Source: Azolla caroliniana
Lineage: Eukaryota > Plantae > Polypodiophyta
Reading direction: 5' to 3'
DNA: 64,000 bases
Assembly (NCBI GenBank): GCA_043228905.1
Contig: JBHGNT010000001.1
Coordinates: forward strand, 5,828,001-5,892,000
Positions within the stretch are counted from its first letter, which is position 1. The number at the start of each line of letters is the position of its first letter. Positions 22,454 through 36,322 of this stretch are shown one piece after another. The notes below the pieces were generated by a model. The model did not search any database and was not told where the DNA came from. It was given only the letters and a program-made list of their open reading frames with translations. The position numbers and the translations under genes are program-made.

Positions 22454-25400
22454 TGTTGTGAAGAAAACCGAGCATAGGCGGAATTGGAGAAAAAGGCGCA
22501 TGAACTGGCTCTTACACGGATGGGCGCATGAATTGCTATTTTGATATTTTGTACATGATTCATAAGTGGATCGGCTGATGTAAATACTAAGTAGTACGTA
22601 TTTATTAGGGGATTGTGCGTATCTCTGTCAGAACGGACAGGGAATAAAGCGATTTGACTAGGGAGAAAGGGCACCCCTTTTTGGGGACTATTTGAGGAGA
22701 GGAGAGAAGGGAGACCAGGATCAGGCGTTGGCAAGGACGGAGTGCTGCTGCAGGACCGAGTACCTCTCTCTCTCCTCCTCAAATCGTTGTTCTCTGCGGG
22801 TCTCGAGAGTTCGTTGCCTCTGCCCCGTGGACAGCCTATGTGCTTCCAGCAGAGTCTCTCTCCTCCCCCTTTCCCCCTTGGTTTCTTCGAGTCGTGTGGC
22901 TATCGTCGGTGTGCGTGAGTAGGACCCGTGTCGGGTCCATTACCGGGTTCCCGGTTGTAAGCTGTTGACTATAGTAATCATATTCTTTTTTTCATTGCTC
23001 TTGATCTCTCTGTGTGTACTTGTCTCTCTCTCTCTCTCTCTCCTTGGTCCGAGACCCCCGTGGTCCCGCCTCCTTTTACACCCACGCGCGTAACAACGCG
23101 ACATCTTTGGTGAACCCGACGTGAATAGGCGGCAAAGGAGTCGAAAGATGAGGGGATCGGAGCTAGCAGATGCAATGGCGGTAGCCGTTGACCGGCTAGT
23201 AAGCGCTCGTGAGGGGACGGGTACCCTCGACAGAGCCATTGAATCGATCATCGGCACTATAGGCCGGTTCGGAGGGAAAGACGCCACAAGTTATTTGGAG
23301 GCTTACCGGGCTGAAATGATCATGAGGGATATCCCGGTGGACAGGCGGCTGTCCGGATTCCCTCGGGTGGTGATGCCGAGCATCCATACGGAGGTGCTCG
23401 AGGTGCTGGCCGGATGCCAGACTTGGGAGGAGTTCGAGCTGCAGCTCCTTGAGAAGTATAGGTTTGACGAATCGCTCTGGCTGTCGAGGCGGGACTTCAT
23501 GGCGTGGGTGGAAAGCCCCGGAAAGGGGAGGAACACGTCGGCGCTCCTCCAGGAGTTCGAAAAACGGTTTGCGTGGCTATCGACGCTAGACCGGATCGTG
23601 CTCGAAACGAGTCGAGTATTACTATTCGTCAAGTCAGTAGACGCGCTCGATAGGGAAAAGGTGGGTCCCCTATTGGACACGGACGAAGGGCTCACGGCAG
23701 ACTGGGCCGTGGTAAAACGGGTCTGCAGTCGTTTCGACAAACCGCACGATTGGAGCGACGGAAGCTCGTCGGGGTCAGGGCCGGTAGGAAGGAAGAGACC
23801 CGAATTTGGCTGGAGTCGGGGTCGGCATTGAATGACATAGTCAGAGGCCTATGCGGAGGAGCGGCTCTGGAGGAGCTGACACAGATGGTGCGCGACCTGC
23901 AGATCGCATAGGCACGAAGAGACAGCGGCGAACAACCTCACGACCGGAGGCCGCTGACTAGGCAGCGATGCATGTGGTGTGATGCGATCGGTCACATTCG
24001 GAAGGATTGTGCAGATTTCGCCGACACGCTCAAGTCCAACGTGGTGTACCTCTAGAATGGGCGGGTGCACGCGAGCAAGACCTGGAGAGCCCTAGAACTA
24101 AATACGGGGCGCAGCGGAATGAAGAGGTTGATGGAAGAGGCCGCGGCACGACATGTAGAAGCCGTTAACTACTCAGTTTTGGCGGGAATTCGGGTTGGGG
24201 GTGACGAGTCCCGGAAGGTGAAGGACTCCGGATTCTGGTCGCTAGTGCTAGAAGGCTTCTCCGGAGTTCGGCTGAAGAAGGAAGAGGCGGACCGCGCGGA
24301 ATAGCGGGTCCAAGAGGTCACCGGATGGGACGATCTGGTTGAAGAGAAAACGGGCTTCGTAGAAGCCACTTGCCAGAACTACGAGGTTTTGGTGGAAGAA
24401 AAACGGGCAGGAAAGGCCGGGGTGGTGGGTCCCCTGAGGTACGAAACCCGGTTTGGACCAAAACCGACCGGAGTCGGCAACCCAGGCGCGCCGGACGGAA
24501 AGAAGCAGGCGGGGTTTTGGTTGAGCACCGAAATCGAGAGAGCAACGGACCTACGGAAGGTCCTTGAAGAGTGGATCCTCAACAGTAAAGTGGAGCTGTC
24601 GTTGCGGGAGGTGCTGGGAATCACCAAGAGGGAGTTCCACGACTCCATCCTAGACTTGGTGAAGCGGAAGAGGCTCTCCACGGAGCCGGAACCGGAGAAG
24701 CCGGTGGAGGTGCGGACTACGCACTTAGAAGACGCGGCCGTAGAAGACCAGTTGGCGGAAAGCCACTACGCGATGCCGCATTGGGCAAAAGCAACTACGG
24801 ATATACCTATGCGGATCGGCGACGTTCCGGAACCGGTGGTGGCCTGGGTAGACCATGGATCCGAAATCAACCTGATGTCCATGGATTCTACAAGAAGGGT
24901 AAATGGCCGATCAACACCAAGCATGGGTGGAAGATACGCGGGGCGACGTGTGCTACGGAGGAGCTGCATGGTGCGTGCCCGAATGTACGCATAAAGATCG
25001 GTGACGTCAGGATAGATCAACATTTCTTCGTGCAGGAAACATCCTCGCACCCGGTGATTCTCGGCGAACCGTACATTACGGTAGCACGCATGGAGACGAA
25101 GGTGCTGGACAACGGTTCGGCGTACGCGCGCGTCAAGAGCTAAGACGGTCAGCATTCTGTCCAATTCATGACCGTACGTCCGAACCATGAGAGGAATTGT
25201 GAGACCCTCGACGGCGGCAACCGAGGGGATTTTTAGAGAGGGCTATCAAGGCGTGGGGCCGCGGTAGTCCGGACGTACCGGAAGAAGCCCACACATGTAC
25301 AGTAGGTAGGATGTTTTGGTTCTCCGAAAATGGAGGTTGTACTATATCCGGCGTCAGCGGACGGGAGAGGAAGCGAGTGGAGGAGCGGTTCAGGGGATGC

Positions 25401-27295
25401 AGAGTCCTCTCCCCCGACGAAGAAATCAACGGCGCCGTGGAGGCCGTCTCTCTTGACGACACCTTGGGTGAGTTGCGAAAGGTGATCGGTGAAGACCTTA
25501 GGGAAGACCGGACCGTTCCGGTTAGTTCGATGGGAATGTACGAAGTCATCGCAGACTTCGGGGAAAGGATCGGGTCGGATCGGACGACCTGCGTGGATAC
25601 AAAGTACAAGACTGTGGACCGGAAGGTGAGGCCAGTCGCAACGCCCTTGCCGGAGGGCAGCGAGGAGCGGATAAAAGGGGTCGCGTCAGACCCAAGTTTA
25701 CAGAATCTGGCTGGCATTGGGCACCAGTTCACCGACATAATGCTACAGGAGCTCAAGGTTGGTGGGGGTGGCTTTCTACTACCGGCGGAGGAGGACAGGT
25801 TTTGGAGAATGCTCGGAGGGAGGAGATCGGGTGCGTTCTCACCGGAGGAGATAGGGTGTGTGGACCCGACGATCGTCGAACCGATGGTGATCTTCACGGT
25901 ACCGCATGTACCGTGGAATCTCAAATCGATTCCGGTGCCGAGAGCTCACATCCCGAAGTTGATGGAGCTTCTGAATCAAAAGGTGGAGATGGGCATCTTC
26001 GAACCGTCGAGTGCCCCGTATTCGAATCGGTGGTTTACGGTGCCGAAGAAGAACGACACGCTACGCTTCATTCAGGACCTGCAACCGGTCAACAGGGTGA
26101 TCATCCGTAATGCAGGAATCAGACCAACCATAGACGAGTTCACGAAGGCCTTCGCTGGAAGGTCGATCTATTCGGTCGGTGACTTATACTCGGGGTACGA
26201 CCAGTTCCAGCTAGCCGTGGAGAGCAGGGATATCACGACGATGCGAACTCCTGTCGGCCTAGTATGGATGTGTACCCTACCACAAGGTGGGACGAATTTG
26301 GTGGCGCATATGGTGAACGCAATGAACGAGGTGCTGAGGGACTGCATCCTGGACATCACCATGCCATTCTTGGACGACATCCCGATAAAGGGGAGTCCGG
26401 TGGAAGATGCGAACGAGACTGTGGCGCCAGACGGATGCTGGAGGTTCGTCGTGAACCATATTAACGACTGCCAGAAGGTGCTGCAGAGGCTCGAGAGTGC
26501 ACGACTCACCTTCTCCGGAGAAAAATCGACGTTCGGGCAGTCGGAGATCCTGGTGGTCAGACACCTGTGCGGGCCTTACGATAGGAAACCGTCTCCGGCA
26601 AAGGTAGAGGCCATCTCCGCGATGAGGAACGATTGCAGGTTGGTTACGGAGGTTCGCAGATTCTTGGGTGCATGCACGTTCTACCACATCTGGATCCCGC
26701 ACTACGCACATTGAAAAGGGGGCGTAGCTTTGAGTGGAGGGTGGAGCACACAGAGTCGGTCTGGAGACTAAAGGAGGCGTTTACGGTAGTGCCGGCTCTC
26801 CGTAAAGCGGTTTACGGTAAGGGAGTCCCCATCTACGTGACGGTGGACACGAGCCCGACCGGGATCGGGTGGGTGATCAACCAGGAGGCCGAGGACGACG
26901 CACGGTTCCTGATCCGGTTCGAGGCGAAGGTATTGAGCGAGCGGCAGCGAGGATACGCCCAAGTCAAGCGCGAACTATGGGGTATCGTTTCGGCAGTCAA
27001 GGCCGACAGGGACTACCTGGTCAGGACGGAGGTAACAATCGAGATGGACTGCCTGCCGATACTCGGCATGGTGTCGGGTGCGCAACGCCGGACCTAGCAA
27101 TGCTCCGGTGGATAGTGTACATTAAGTCTCTGAACCCGGAGATACGACACATCTCCGGAAAGGATAACGCCATGGCCGACATGCTTTCGAGAGCGAGTTT
27201 CAATGACGAAGAAGACATGGTTTCGGATGACGAAGAAGTCGGCGAGAACTTCTTCGGGTCGGCTAATGTGATGACGAGGAAAGGGGACACTCCGG
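22454..27295 (+). mobile_element. Family A copy A2: 5' LTR (22454-23103), PBS, decayed gag-pro-RT-RH
   Basis: PBS TGGTGAACCCGACGTGAAT at 23108; CMWCDAIGHIRKDC; DHGSEINLM; LPQGGTN and PFLDDIPIKG; many stops. Confidence 0.9.
23108..23126 (+). promoter_or_regulatory. Primer-binding site complementary to the 3' end of tRNA-Trp
   Basis: TGGTGAACCCGACGTGAAT matches the reverse complement of the plant tRNA-Trp(CCA) 3' end as I recall it. The same motif occurs at 20298, 28190 and 52003. Confidence 0.8.
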
Positions 27296-27530
27296 TGTCG
27301 TGAAAATTTTCGTTCATAGGCGGAAACCGGGGTGAAAAGGGCAAGTCGGTGGTGTGCAACATGTGCACACGTGTACTAGGAAATGGTGTATAGAAATAAG
27401 AGGGGAAATTTTGTCCCACATTGTAAGGTCCCTCCCTCCTTGGGCTATAAAAGGAAGGGAGGGGTCACTTATGAAGGGTTGCCTATTTTGCGTATGAGAG
27501 GTATACCATTTAGTCTAGAATTCTTACCGT
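27296..27530 (+). mobile_element. Family B copy B2: partial LTR
   Basis: TGTCGTGAAAATTTTCG...CTATAAAAGG...TTCTTACCGT; matches the B1 LTR; interrupted by A3. Confidence 0.75.
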
Positions 27531-28077
27531 TGTCGTGAAGAAAACCGGCCATAGACGGATTCGGAGAGAAAGGCGCGTGAACCGGCTCTTACACGAATGG
27601 ACGCGTAACTTGATATTTTGTACTCGATTCATAAACAGATCGGTGGGTGAAATACGAGGCGGCACGCATTTATAAGGGGATTGTGCGTATCTCTGTCACA
27701 CGGAGGGGAGGACAGGGAATAAAAAGGGACTTGACAAGAAAAGAAAGATATCGCGCGCGAGGAGGAAGGGAGGGCTGCTGCAGAATGGAGGCCTGAGCTG
27801 TCTCTCTACTGCTCTCGAATCGTCGCTCTCTACGTGTGTCGGGAGGTCGCTGCCTCTGCTTCGCGCATAGCCCGTGTGCTTCCAGCAGGGTCGCTCGCCT
27901 TCCCCCCTTTTTTTTGTTTCCTCGAGTTGGGTGACTGTCGTCGGTGTGCGTGAGTAGGGTCCCCATGTCGGGTCCATCGCCGCCTTGTCGGTTGTAACTG
28001 TCAAAGTTTGTAAACTCTTGTCGTTATAATTAAGTGCTACGTTCTATATCTCTCTTTCTCGCTTCTTCATGTCGGTG

Positions 28078-28116
<39 letters not shown>

Positions 28117-31100
28117 TCTCGCTCCTCGGTCCAAGACCCCCGTGGTCCCGCCCCTTTCTACACGTACGCGCGTAACAACGTGACATCTTTGGTGAACCCG
28201 ACGTGAAAGGGCGGCAAAGGAGTTGAAAGATGAGGGGATCGGAGCTAGCAGAGGCAATGGCGGTGGCCGTTGACCAGCTGGTGAGCGCTCGTGAGGGAAC
28301 GGGTACCCTCGATAGAGCCATTGAATCGATCGTCGGCTCTATAGGCCGTTTCAGAGGGAAAGACGCCACAAGTTATTTGGAGGCTTACCGGGCCGAAATG
28401 ATCATGAGGGATGTCCCGGTGGACAGGCTACTGTCCGGATTCCCTCGGGTCGTGACGCCGGGCATTCATGCGGAGGTGCTCAAGGTGCTGGCCGGATGCC
28501 AGACTTGGGAGGAGTTCGAGCTACAGCTCCTCGAGAAGTACGGCTTTGACGACTCGCTCCGGCTGTCAAGGCGGGACTTCATGGCGTGGGTGGAAAGCCT
28601 CAGAAAGGGGAGGAACACGTCGGTGCTTCTCCAGGAGGTCCCAAAACGGTTCGCGCGGCTGTCGACGCTGGACCGGGCGGTGCTACTACTGTTTGTCAAG
28701 TCGGTGGATGCGCTCGACAGGGAAAAGGTGGGACCCCTATTGGAAACGGACGAAGGGCTCACGACGGACTGGGCCGTGGTAAAACGGGTATGCAGCCGTT
28801 TCGACAAACGGCGCGATTGGAGGGACGGAAGCACGTCGGGGTCGGGGCCGGTCCCGGGGAGGAGGCTCGAGGAGCCGGTTTCGGTGCCGGTTGGGAGGAA
28901 GGAAGAGACCTGAATCTAGCCGGAGTTGGGGTCGGCATCAAACGACGTGGTCAGAGACCCATCCGGAGAAGCGGCTCTGGAGGAGCTAACACAGATGGTG
29001 CGCGACCTGCAGATCGCATAGGCCCGGAGGGACAACGGTGAACAACCTCGGGACCAGAGGCCGCCGGCTGGGCAGTGGTGCATGTGGTGTGACGCGATCG
29101 GTCACATTCGGAAGGATTGCGCGGATTCCGCCGACGCGCTCAGGACCAACGTGGTGTATCGTTGGAACGGGCGGGTGCACGCGAGCGAGACCCGGAGAGC
29201 CCTAGAACTGAATACGGGGCGCGGTGGAATGAAGAGGTTGATGGAAGAGGCCGCGGCGCGGCACGTTGAAGCCATTAACTACTCGGTGTCGGCGGGAATT
29301 CGGGTCGGGGGTGATGAGGCCTGGAAGGCGAAGGACTACGGATTCTGGCCGTTAGTGCTAGAAGGCCTCCCCGGAGTTCGGGTGAGGAAGGAAGAGGCGG
29401 ACCGCGCGGAAGAGCGGGTCCGGGAGGTCATAGGTTGGGACGATCCGGTCGAAGAGAAAACGGGCTTCGTAGAAGCCACTTGCCAGAACTACGAGGTTTT
29501 GGTGGAAGACAAACAGGCCGGAAAGGCCGGAGGGGTCGGTCCCCCGCAGAGGTACGAGACCCGGTTCGGACCGAAACCGACCGGTGCGCCAGATCGGAAG
29601 AAGCAGGCGGGGTTTCGGTTGACCACCGAAATAGAGAGAGCAAGGGACCTATGGAAGGTCCTTGAAGAGCGAATCCTCGATAGTAAAGTGGAGCTGTCGT
29701 TGCGGGAGGTGTTGGGAATCGCCAAGACGGAGTTCCACGACTCCATCGTAGACTTGGTGAAGCGGAAGAGGCTCTCCATGGAGCCGGAACCGGAGAAGCC
29801 GGTGGAGGTGCGGACCACGCACCTGGAAGAAGAACTAGCGGGAAGCGACTACACGAAGCCGCATTGGGCCAGGGTGACTACGGAAACCCCTGTACGGAAT
29901 GACAACGTTCTGGAACCGGTGGTGGAAGACAAACAGGCCGGAAAGGCCGGAGGGGTCGGTCCCCCGCAGAGGTACGAGACCCGGTTCGGACCGAAACCGA
30001 CCGGTGCGCCAGATCGGAAGAAGCAGGCGGGGTTTCGGTTGACCACCGAAATAGAGAGAGCAAGGGACCTATGGAAGGTCCTTGAAGAGCGAATCCTCGA
30101 TAGTAAAGTGGAGCTGTCGTTGCGGGAGGTGTTGGGAATCGCCAAGACGGAGTTCCACGACTCCATTGTAGACTTGGTGAAGCGGAAGAGGCTCTCCATG
30201 GAGCCGGAACCGGAGAAGCCGGTGGAGGTGCGGACCACGCACCTGGAAGAAGAACTAGCGGGAAGCGACTACACGAAGCCGCATTGGGCCAGGGTGACTA
30301 CGGAAACCCCTGTACGGAATGACAACGTTCTGGAACCGGTGGTGGTGTCGGTAGACCATGGATCCGAAATCAACCTGATGTCCATGGATTTCTAAAAGAA
30401 GGGAAAATGGCCAATGAACACCAAGCATGGCTGGAAGATACAGGCAAGTACGCGCGCCAAGGAAGAACTACATGGGGCCTGCCCGAACGTACGAGTGAAA
30501 ATCGGCGATGTCGAGATCGACCAACACTTCTTCGTGGAGGAGACGTCCTCGCATCCGGTTATACTAGGAGAGCCATATATCACGGCGGCACGGATGGAGA
30601 CCAAGGTGCTGGACAACGGTTCAGCCTATGCAAGAGTCAAGAGCGAGGACGGGCGTCACTCGGTCCAGTTCCTAACGGTGCGACCAAACCACGAGCGTAC
30701 CCGCGAAGCCCTCGACAGCGAAACCCGAGGGGATTTTTAGAGAGGGCTATCAAGGCGTGGGGCCGCGATAGTCCGGACACCCGGGAAGAGCCCCACAAAT
30801 GTACAGTATGGAAGAAGACTTGTACCATAGGTAGGAAATTTTGGCTCTTTGACAACGGAGGTTGTGCTATAACCAGCGTCAGCGGTAGGGAGAGGAAGCG
30901 AGCGGAGGAGCGGCTCAGGGGATGCGGAGTTCTCTTCCCCGACAAGGACATCAGCGGCGCCGTGGAGGCGGTCTCTTTTGACGACACCTTGGGCGAACTG
31001 CGAAAGGTGATCGGTGAAGACCTTAGGGAAGACCGGACCGTTCTGGTAGGGTCACTGGGAATGTACGAAGTCATCGTGGACTTAGGGGAAAGGATCGGGT

Positions 31101-34100
31101 CGGATCGGACGTGCCGCGTGGATACAAAATACAAGACTATGGACCGGAAGGTGAGGCCAGTCGCGGCACCCTTGCCGGAGGGTAGCGAGGAGCGGATAAA
31201 AGGGGTCGTGTCGGACCCCAGTTTACAAAATCCGGCTGGCATAGGGCACCGGCTCACTGACATAACGCTACGGGAGCTCGAGGTCGGTGGAGACGGCTTT
31301 CTATTGCCGACAGAGGAGGACAGGTTTCGGAGAATGCTCGGGAGGCACGGGAAGGCTTTCGCATTCTCACCGTAGGAGATCGGGTGCGTAGACCCGATAG
31401 TTTTCGAGCCGATGGTGATCTTCACGGTACCGCATGTACCATGGAATCTCAAGCCGATTCAAGTGCCGAGAGCTCACATCCTGAAGTTGATGGAGTTCCT
31501 GAAGCAAAAGGTGGAGATGGGCATCCTCGAACCGTCGAGTGCCCCGTATTAGAATCGGTGGTTCACGATGCCGAAGAAGAATGGCACGCTGCGCTTTATT
31601 CAGGACCTGCAACCGGTCAACAAGGTAACCATCCGTAACGCAGGAATCGGACCGACCATAGACGAGTTCGCGGAGGCCTTCGCCGGAAGGTCGATTTAGT
31701 CTATCGGTGATCTGTACTCGCGGTATGATTAGTTCCAACTAGCCATGGAGAGTTGAGACATTACGACGATGCGGACTCCTCTTGGCCTAGTGCGGATGTG
31801 TACCCTACCACAAGGAGGGACGAACTCAGTGGCTCACATGGTGAACGCGATGAACAAGGTGCTCAAGGACTGTATCCCGGACATCACCATGCCGTTCTTA
31901 GACGATATCCCGATCAGGGGATGCCCGGTGGAGGAAAAGGACGAGGCAGTCGGGCCGGACGGATGTCAAAATTTCGTGGCGACTCACATCGATGACTGTG
32001 AGAAGGTGCTACAGAGACTAGAAGGTGCGAGGCTCACCTTCTCCGGGGAAACGTCGGCCTTCGGACAGTCGGAGATCTTGGTGGTCGGACACCTGTGCGG
32101 GCCCTACGGTAGGAAACCGTCTCCGGCAAAGGTAGAGACCATCTCCGCGATGAGGAACGATTGCGGGTCGGTCACGGAGGTCCGCAGATTCTTGGGGGCA
32201 TGCGCGTTCTACCACATCTGGATCCCGCACTACGCACATGTCGCGGAACCCCTCTATGGACTATTGAAAAAGGGGCGTAGCTTTAAGTGGAGGACGGAGC
32301 ACACAGAGTCGGTTCGGAGACTAAAGGAGGCGCTTACGGCAGCGCCGGCTCTCCGTAAAGCGGTTTACGGCAAGGATGTTCCCATCTGCGTGACGGTGGA
32401 CACCAGCCCGACCGGGATCGGGTGGGTAATCAGTTAGGAGGACAAGGACGGCGTACAATTCCCCATCCGGTTCGGGGCGAAGGTATTGAGCGAGTGGCAG
32501 CGAGGGTACGCCCAAGTTAAGCGCGAGCTTTGGCGTGTCGTTTCGGCAGTCAAGGTCGACAAGGATTATCTAATCGGGATGGAGGTGATCATCGAGACAG
32601 ACTGCCTGCCGATACTTGGCATGGTTTTCGGATGCGCGACGCCGGACCTAGCAATGCTCTGGTGGATAGCACACATTAAGTTCCTGAACCCGGAGATACG
32701 GCACATCTCCGGAAAGGACAACGCCATGGTCGACATGCTTTCGAGAGCAAGGTTCAACGACGAAGATGGCATGGTTTCGGATGACGAAGAAGTCAGCGAG
32801 GACTTCTTCGGGTCGGCTAATGTAACGACGAGGAAAGGGAACACTCCGGCGCTTAACGAATTTGACGAAAGTAGGTACGACGGGGAGTGGCTCAAAATCG
32901 GGAGGTTCCTACGGACGATGACGCCGGACGCACCATGGGCGAGAGAGGAGGCGAGCCGGATACGGAGGAAGGTGTACCGATTCTTCCTGCGAGACGGGTG
33001 CATATGGAGGCACCCAAAGAAGAGAAGCGGCATCCCACTCCGAGTAGTGGCAAAGAAAGAAGAGCAGGGGAAACTACTGGGGGCATTCCACGAGAGCCCA
33101 TGGGCCGGACAACGCGGAACGTGGGCCACGTTCGAGAAGCTGAAGGAGAAGTACTGGTGGCCGGGGCTATACGTGGACGTGCATCGGTTTGTAACGACTT
33201 GCGAAAGCTGTCAGGTGCACTCCGTAGTCCGACACCGGGACGAGCTACACCCGACCTACCTGCCTACGGTCCATTTCAAGTGGATGGTGGACTTGGTGAC
33301 GATGCCGATGGGGGTAGGATAGATGCGATACCTGGTGCTTGCACGGGAAGACTTAACGAACTAGGTGGAAGGCCGTGCACTCCAAAGCAAGACAACCGCG
33401 GCTGTATGCCGGTTCCTGATCGAAGAAGTAGTGTGTCGATACAGGTGCATCGGGAGGATCGTGGTGGACCGGGGAGAGCTGGATGCACGGGAAGCTGAGG
33501 AGTTGTTCGACCGGCTAGGCGTCAAACTCTCCCTCACTACGGCATACAATCCGGAGGCGAACGGAAAGGTAGAACGTGGGCACGGGCCGATCGTAAAGGC
33601 GTTGGTGCGTGCATGCAGAGGGCAGGTCGGGAATTGGCTGCGGCTCCTTCCTTACGCACTATGGGCGGACCGAACTACGCACAGTTCGGTGACAGGGTTT
33701 ATGCCGGTAGAGCAGATGTATGGACAGAAGCCGATCATACCGGTGGAACAAACGGTTTGTTCGTGGGCGGCGGTAGATTGGAAGGACGAGATGAGCCGGG
33801 AGGAGTTGCTGGCGGCGCGGATTCGGCAACTCGAACGGAGGCCGGAGGACATGAAACGGGCGAAGGAAAAGCTACGGGCGGCAAGGGAGCGGAACAAGAC
33901 CCGGTTCAACCGGACGCACCTGTTGCGACCGAAGAAGGTTGAGGAAGGCGACTGGGTCTTGGTATACGACAACAACCTCAACAATCAGCACAAGGGGATG
34001 CGAAAGTTCGCTAGGAGATGGTTCGGGCTCTACACGGTGACGAGTGCGAACGACAACGACATGTACTACCTCGCGGAGCTTGACGGGACACGGTTAGCGG

Positions 34101-34953
34101 TACCGGTGGCCGGGAAGCGGATCAAAGTGTTTAAGAAGCGGTTCGAAGACGAGCCAGAGCCGGCGAGCGAGAACGACGACGACGATTGGTTCGGGCCCGA
34201 CGAAGAATCGGAGAGCGACGAGTGAAGCCGGTTTTCTTCGGTATCTACCCATCTCTGGGGCATGCCGGTGGATGCGCGGTTTAGTGCTATTGGATGTCGT
34301 GAAGAAAACCGGCCATAGGCGGATTTAGAGAAAAAAGCGCATGAACCGGCTCTTACATGGGTGGACACGAGAATTGATATTTTGTACATAATTCATAATT
34401 AGGTCGGCCGATGTGAATACTAGGTAGTACACATTTATTAGGGGATTTTGTGCGTATCTCTATCGAAAGGGACAGGGAATAAAGCGGTTTGACTAGGGAA
34501 GAAGGGTCTCCCCTTTGCAAACTATTTAAGGAGGGAGAGAAGAAAGAAAAGGGATCGCGCGTTGGCGAGGACGAAGTGCTGCTGCAGAACCAAGGGCCGA
34601 GCTCTCTCTCCTCCGACCGTCGTTCTCTGTGGGTGTCGGGAGTTCGCTTCCTCGGCTTCGTGGACAGCCCGGGTGCTTCCAACAGAGGCTCTCTCTCTCT
34701 CCCCCCCCCTTTTTGTTTCTTCGAGTCGAGTGGTTGTCGTCTATGTGCGTGAGTAGGACCTCGTGTCAGGTCCATTACCGGTTTGCCGGCTATAACTGTT
34801 CGAGTTGTAAGCTACTGATTATAGTAATCGGATTCCTGTTTCTTGCTCTTATTTTCTTTCTGTGTATCTGCAACTCTCTCTCTCTCTCTCTCCTTGGTCC
34901 AAGACCCCCGTGGTCCCGCATCTTCCTACACGCGAACGCGAAACTTCGCGACA
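27531..34953 (+). mobile_element. Family A copy A3: full-length but decayed and probably chimeric (LTRs 27531-28185 and 34295-34953)
   Basis: Complete gag-PR-RT-RH-IN order with stops; the two LTRs are strongly diverged and the flanks do not match. Confidence 0.88.
29500..30345 (+). repeat. In-frame 420-bp tandem duplication inside A3
   Basis: Units start at 29501 and 29921; one substitution seen; TGGTGG microhomology at the junctions. Confidence 0.95.
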
Positions 34954-36300
34954 CCGAAAATCGTGGAGATAGCCAACCCGGAAGGCTAAACTTGTAAATA
35001 GTCGAAAGGTTACATAAGTATATAAGCACTTAGGGCAATCATGTTAGTTGTGTGCGTTATTGTAAAGTTACTGTTGACGAGGCTGTTGCCTCCGTAACTA
35101 TGAGAGTGAACGAGTGTGAGTGGAAGCGTGTGAGCTCCATAGCCACCTGTTGGTGAAGCAGGATCTCGAGGTCGTTGCCTCTGAGATCTCTAATTGTATT
35201 CCTTTCTCTCATAGTGTTCTATTTCGGAGTTTGTGGACTCCACGTGGTTTTTCCTAGTTTGGGTTTCCACGTTAAAATCTATGTCATTCTCAGTTTATGT
35301 ATTCTGTTTTTCCTTTCCATTAGATTGACTATTATTCCGCACACGAGAAACCAGTTGTGGCCGGCAATGATTTAACTTTCAGAGGCGTGGCCCGGAGCGA
35401 TCACGTACGAAGATGAGGATGCGAGGCCCGGAACGGGCATATGCAAGAGGACCGCTGGAGAGGACGGGAGCCGCAAAGAGGAGAGAGCCAGGGACCGACC
35501 CAACTGGAAGACGAAGAGGAAGAAGAGTGAAGCGGGGGCTAGTCAACTGGGCCCAAACCGAAAGAAGCCGGCAAGACCGGGATTGTTTGATCAACTCCTT
35601 ACCGGCAGGTTACAGTTACGATGGGGGCCGGAGAGAGCCAGAAGGAGGCTAATCGGGCACGACGAGTACGGATTAGTGAGAGGCTGAGAGCAAGAGGGAC
35701 CCTCCCCGCTTATTCTAGAGACTTCGGCAGTTGCGGATCAACATAAGACCGGAGAGACGGCAGGTGGCGGCGAGGAGTCGGAGACCAGAATGGGCGATGC
35801 TACCGGAACGGGTACCCGGTGTGTGAAGACGGACGAGCACAGCCAAGAGGGCCAAACGGAGACGGAAGGGTCTACGACGACAAAGGAAGAAGAGGCCAAC
35901 ATGAAGGTCGGGACCACGGCGAGTAAAGAGCGTGAAGCGGAGCATGCACTACGGTCGGAGAAGGGCTGAGAAGTAGTCATGCACCCGGAAGAGCCTTTGC
36001 GAGGAATGCACGCGGCGAGAGACGGAGCGGTGAGGTGCCAGTTTCGGCAGATGATCGGCGAGCACGGAAGGCTATGTCTTGGGAACCGGAGAAGGTACGT
36101 GGAGAGCAACGGGCTACTCATCGGGAAGAGGAAGTGCGACTTCCGTGTCGCATGCAAAGTCAAGCGGGCAAAAAGGGCGTGAGTCCGGATGAAGCGGTAA
36201 CGAGAGCCGCAAAGGACACCGACACGGAGGATGGGATCCAGGTATGCTCTACCGCGAGAGAGCACGATGAGCGAGGGAGAATCGAGGAGTGCGTAATGGG
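34954..36300 (+). mobile_element. 3' half of a family C-related LTR followed by degenerate, possibly copia gag-like sequence
   Basis: Shares TTGTAAATAG..TAGGGCAA, GAGGTCGTTGCCTCTG and GTGGTTTTT..GGTTTCCACGTTAA with the C LTRs; later peptide CLINSLPAGY resembles copia gag. Confidence 0.55.
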
Positions 36301-36301
36301 G

Positions 36302-36322
36302 TTTAGGGTTTAGGGTTTAGGG
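36302..36322 (+). repeat. Interstitial plant telomeric repeat (TTTAGGG)3
   Basis: GGGG-TTTAGGG-TTTAGGG-TTTAGGG-TT directly before the truncated A4 gag. Confidence 0.9.

Noticed and set aside
27527-34957. CCGT / CCGA as a mutated TSD of A3
   Set aside because: The sequence after 34953 is not the continuation of the B LTR.
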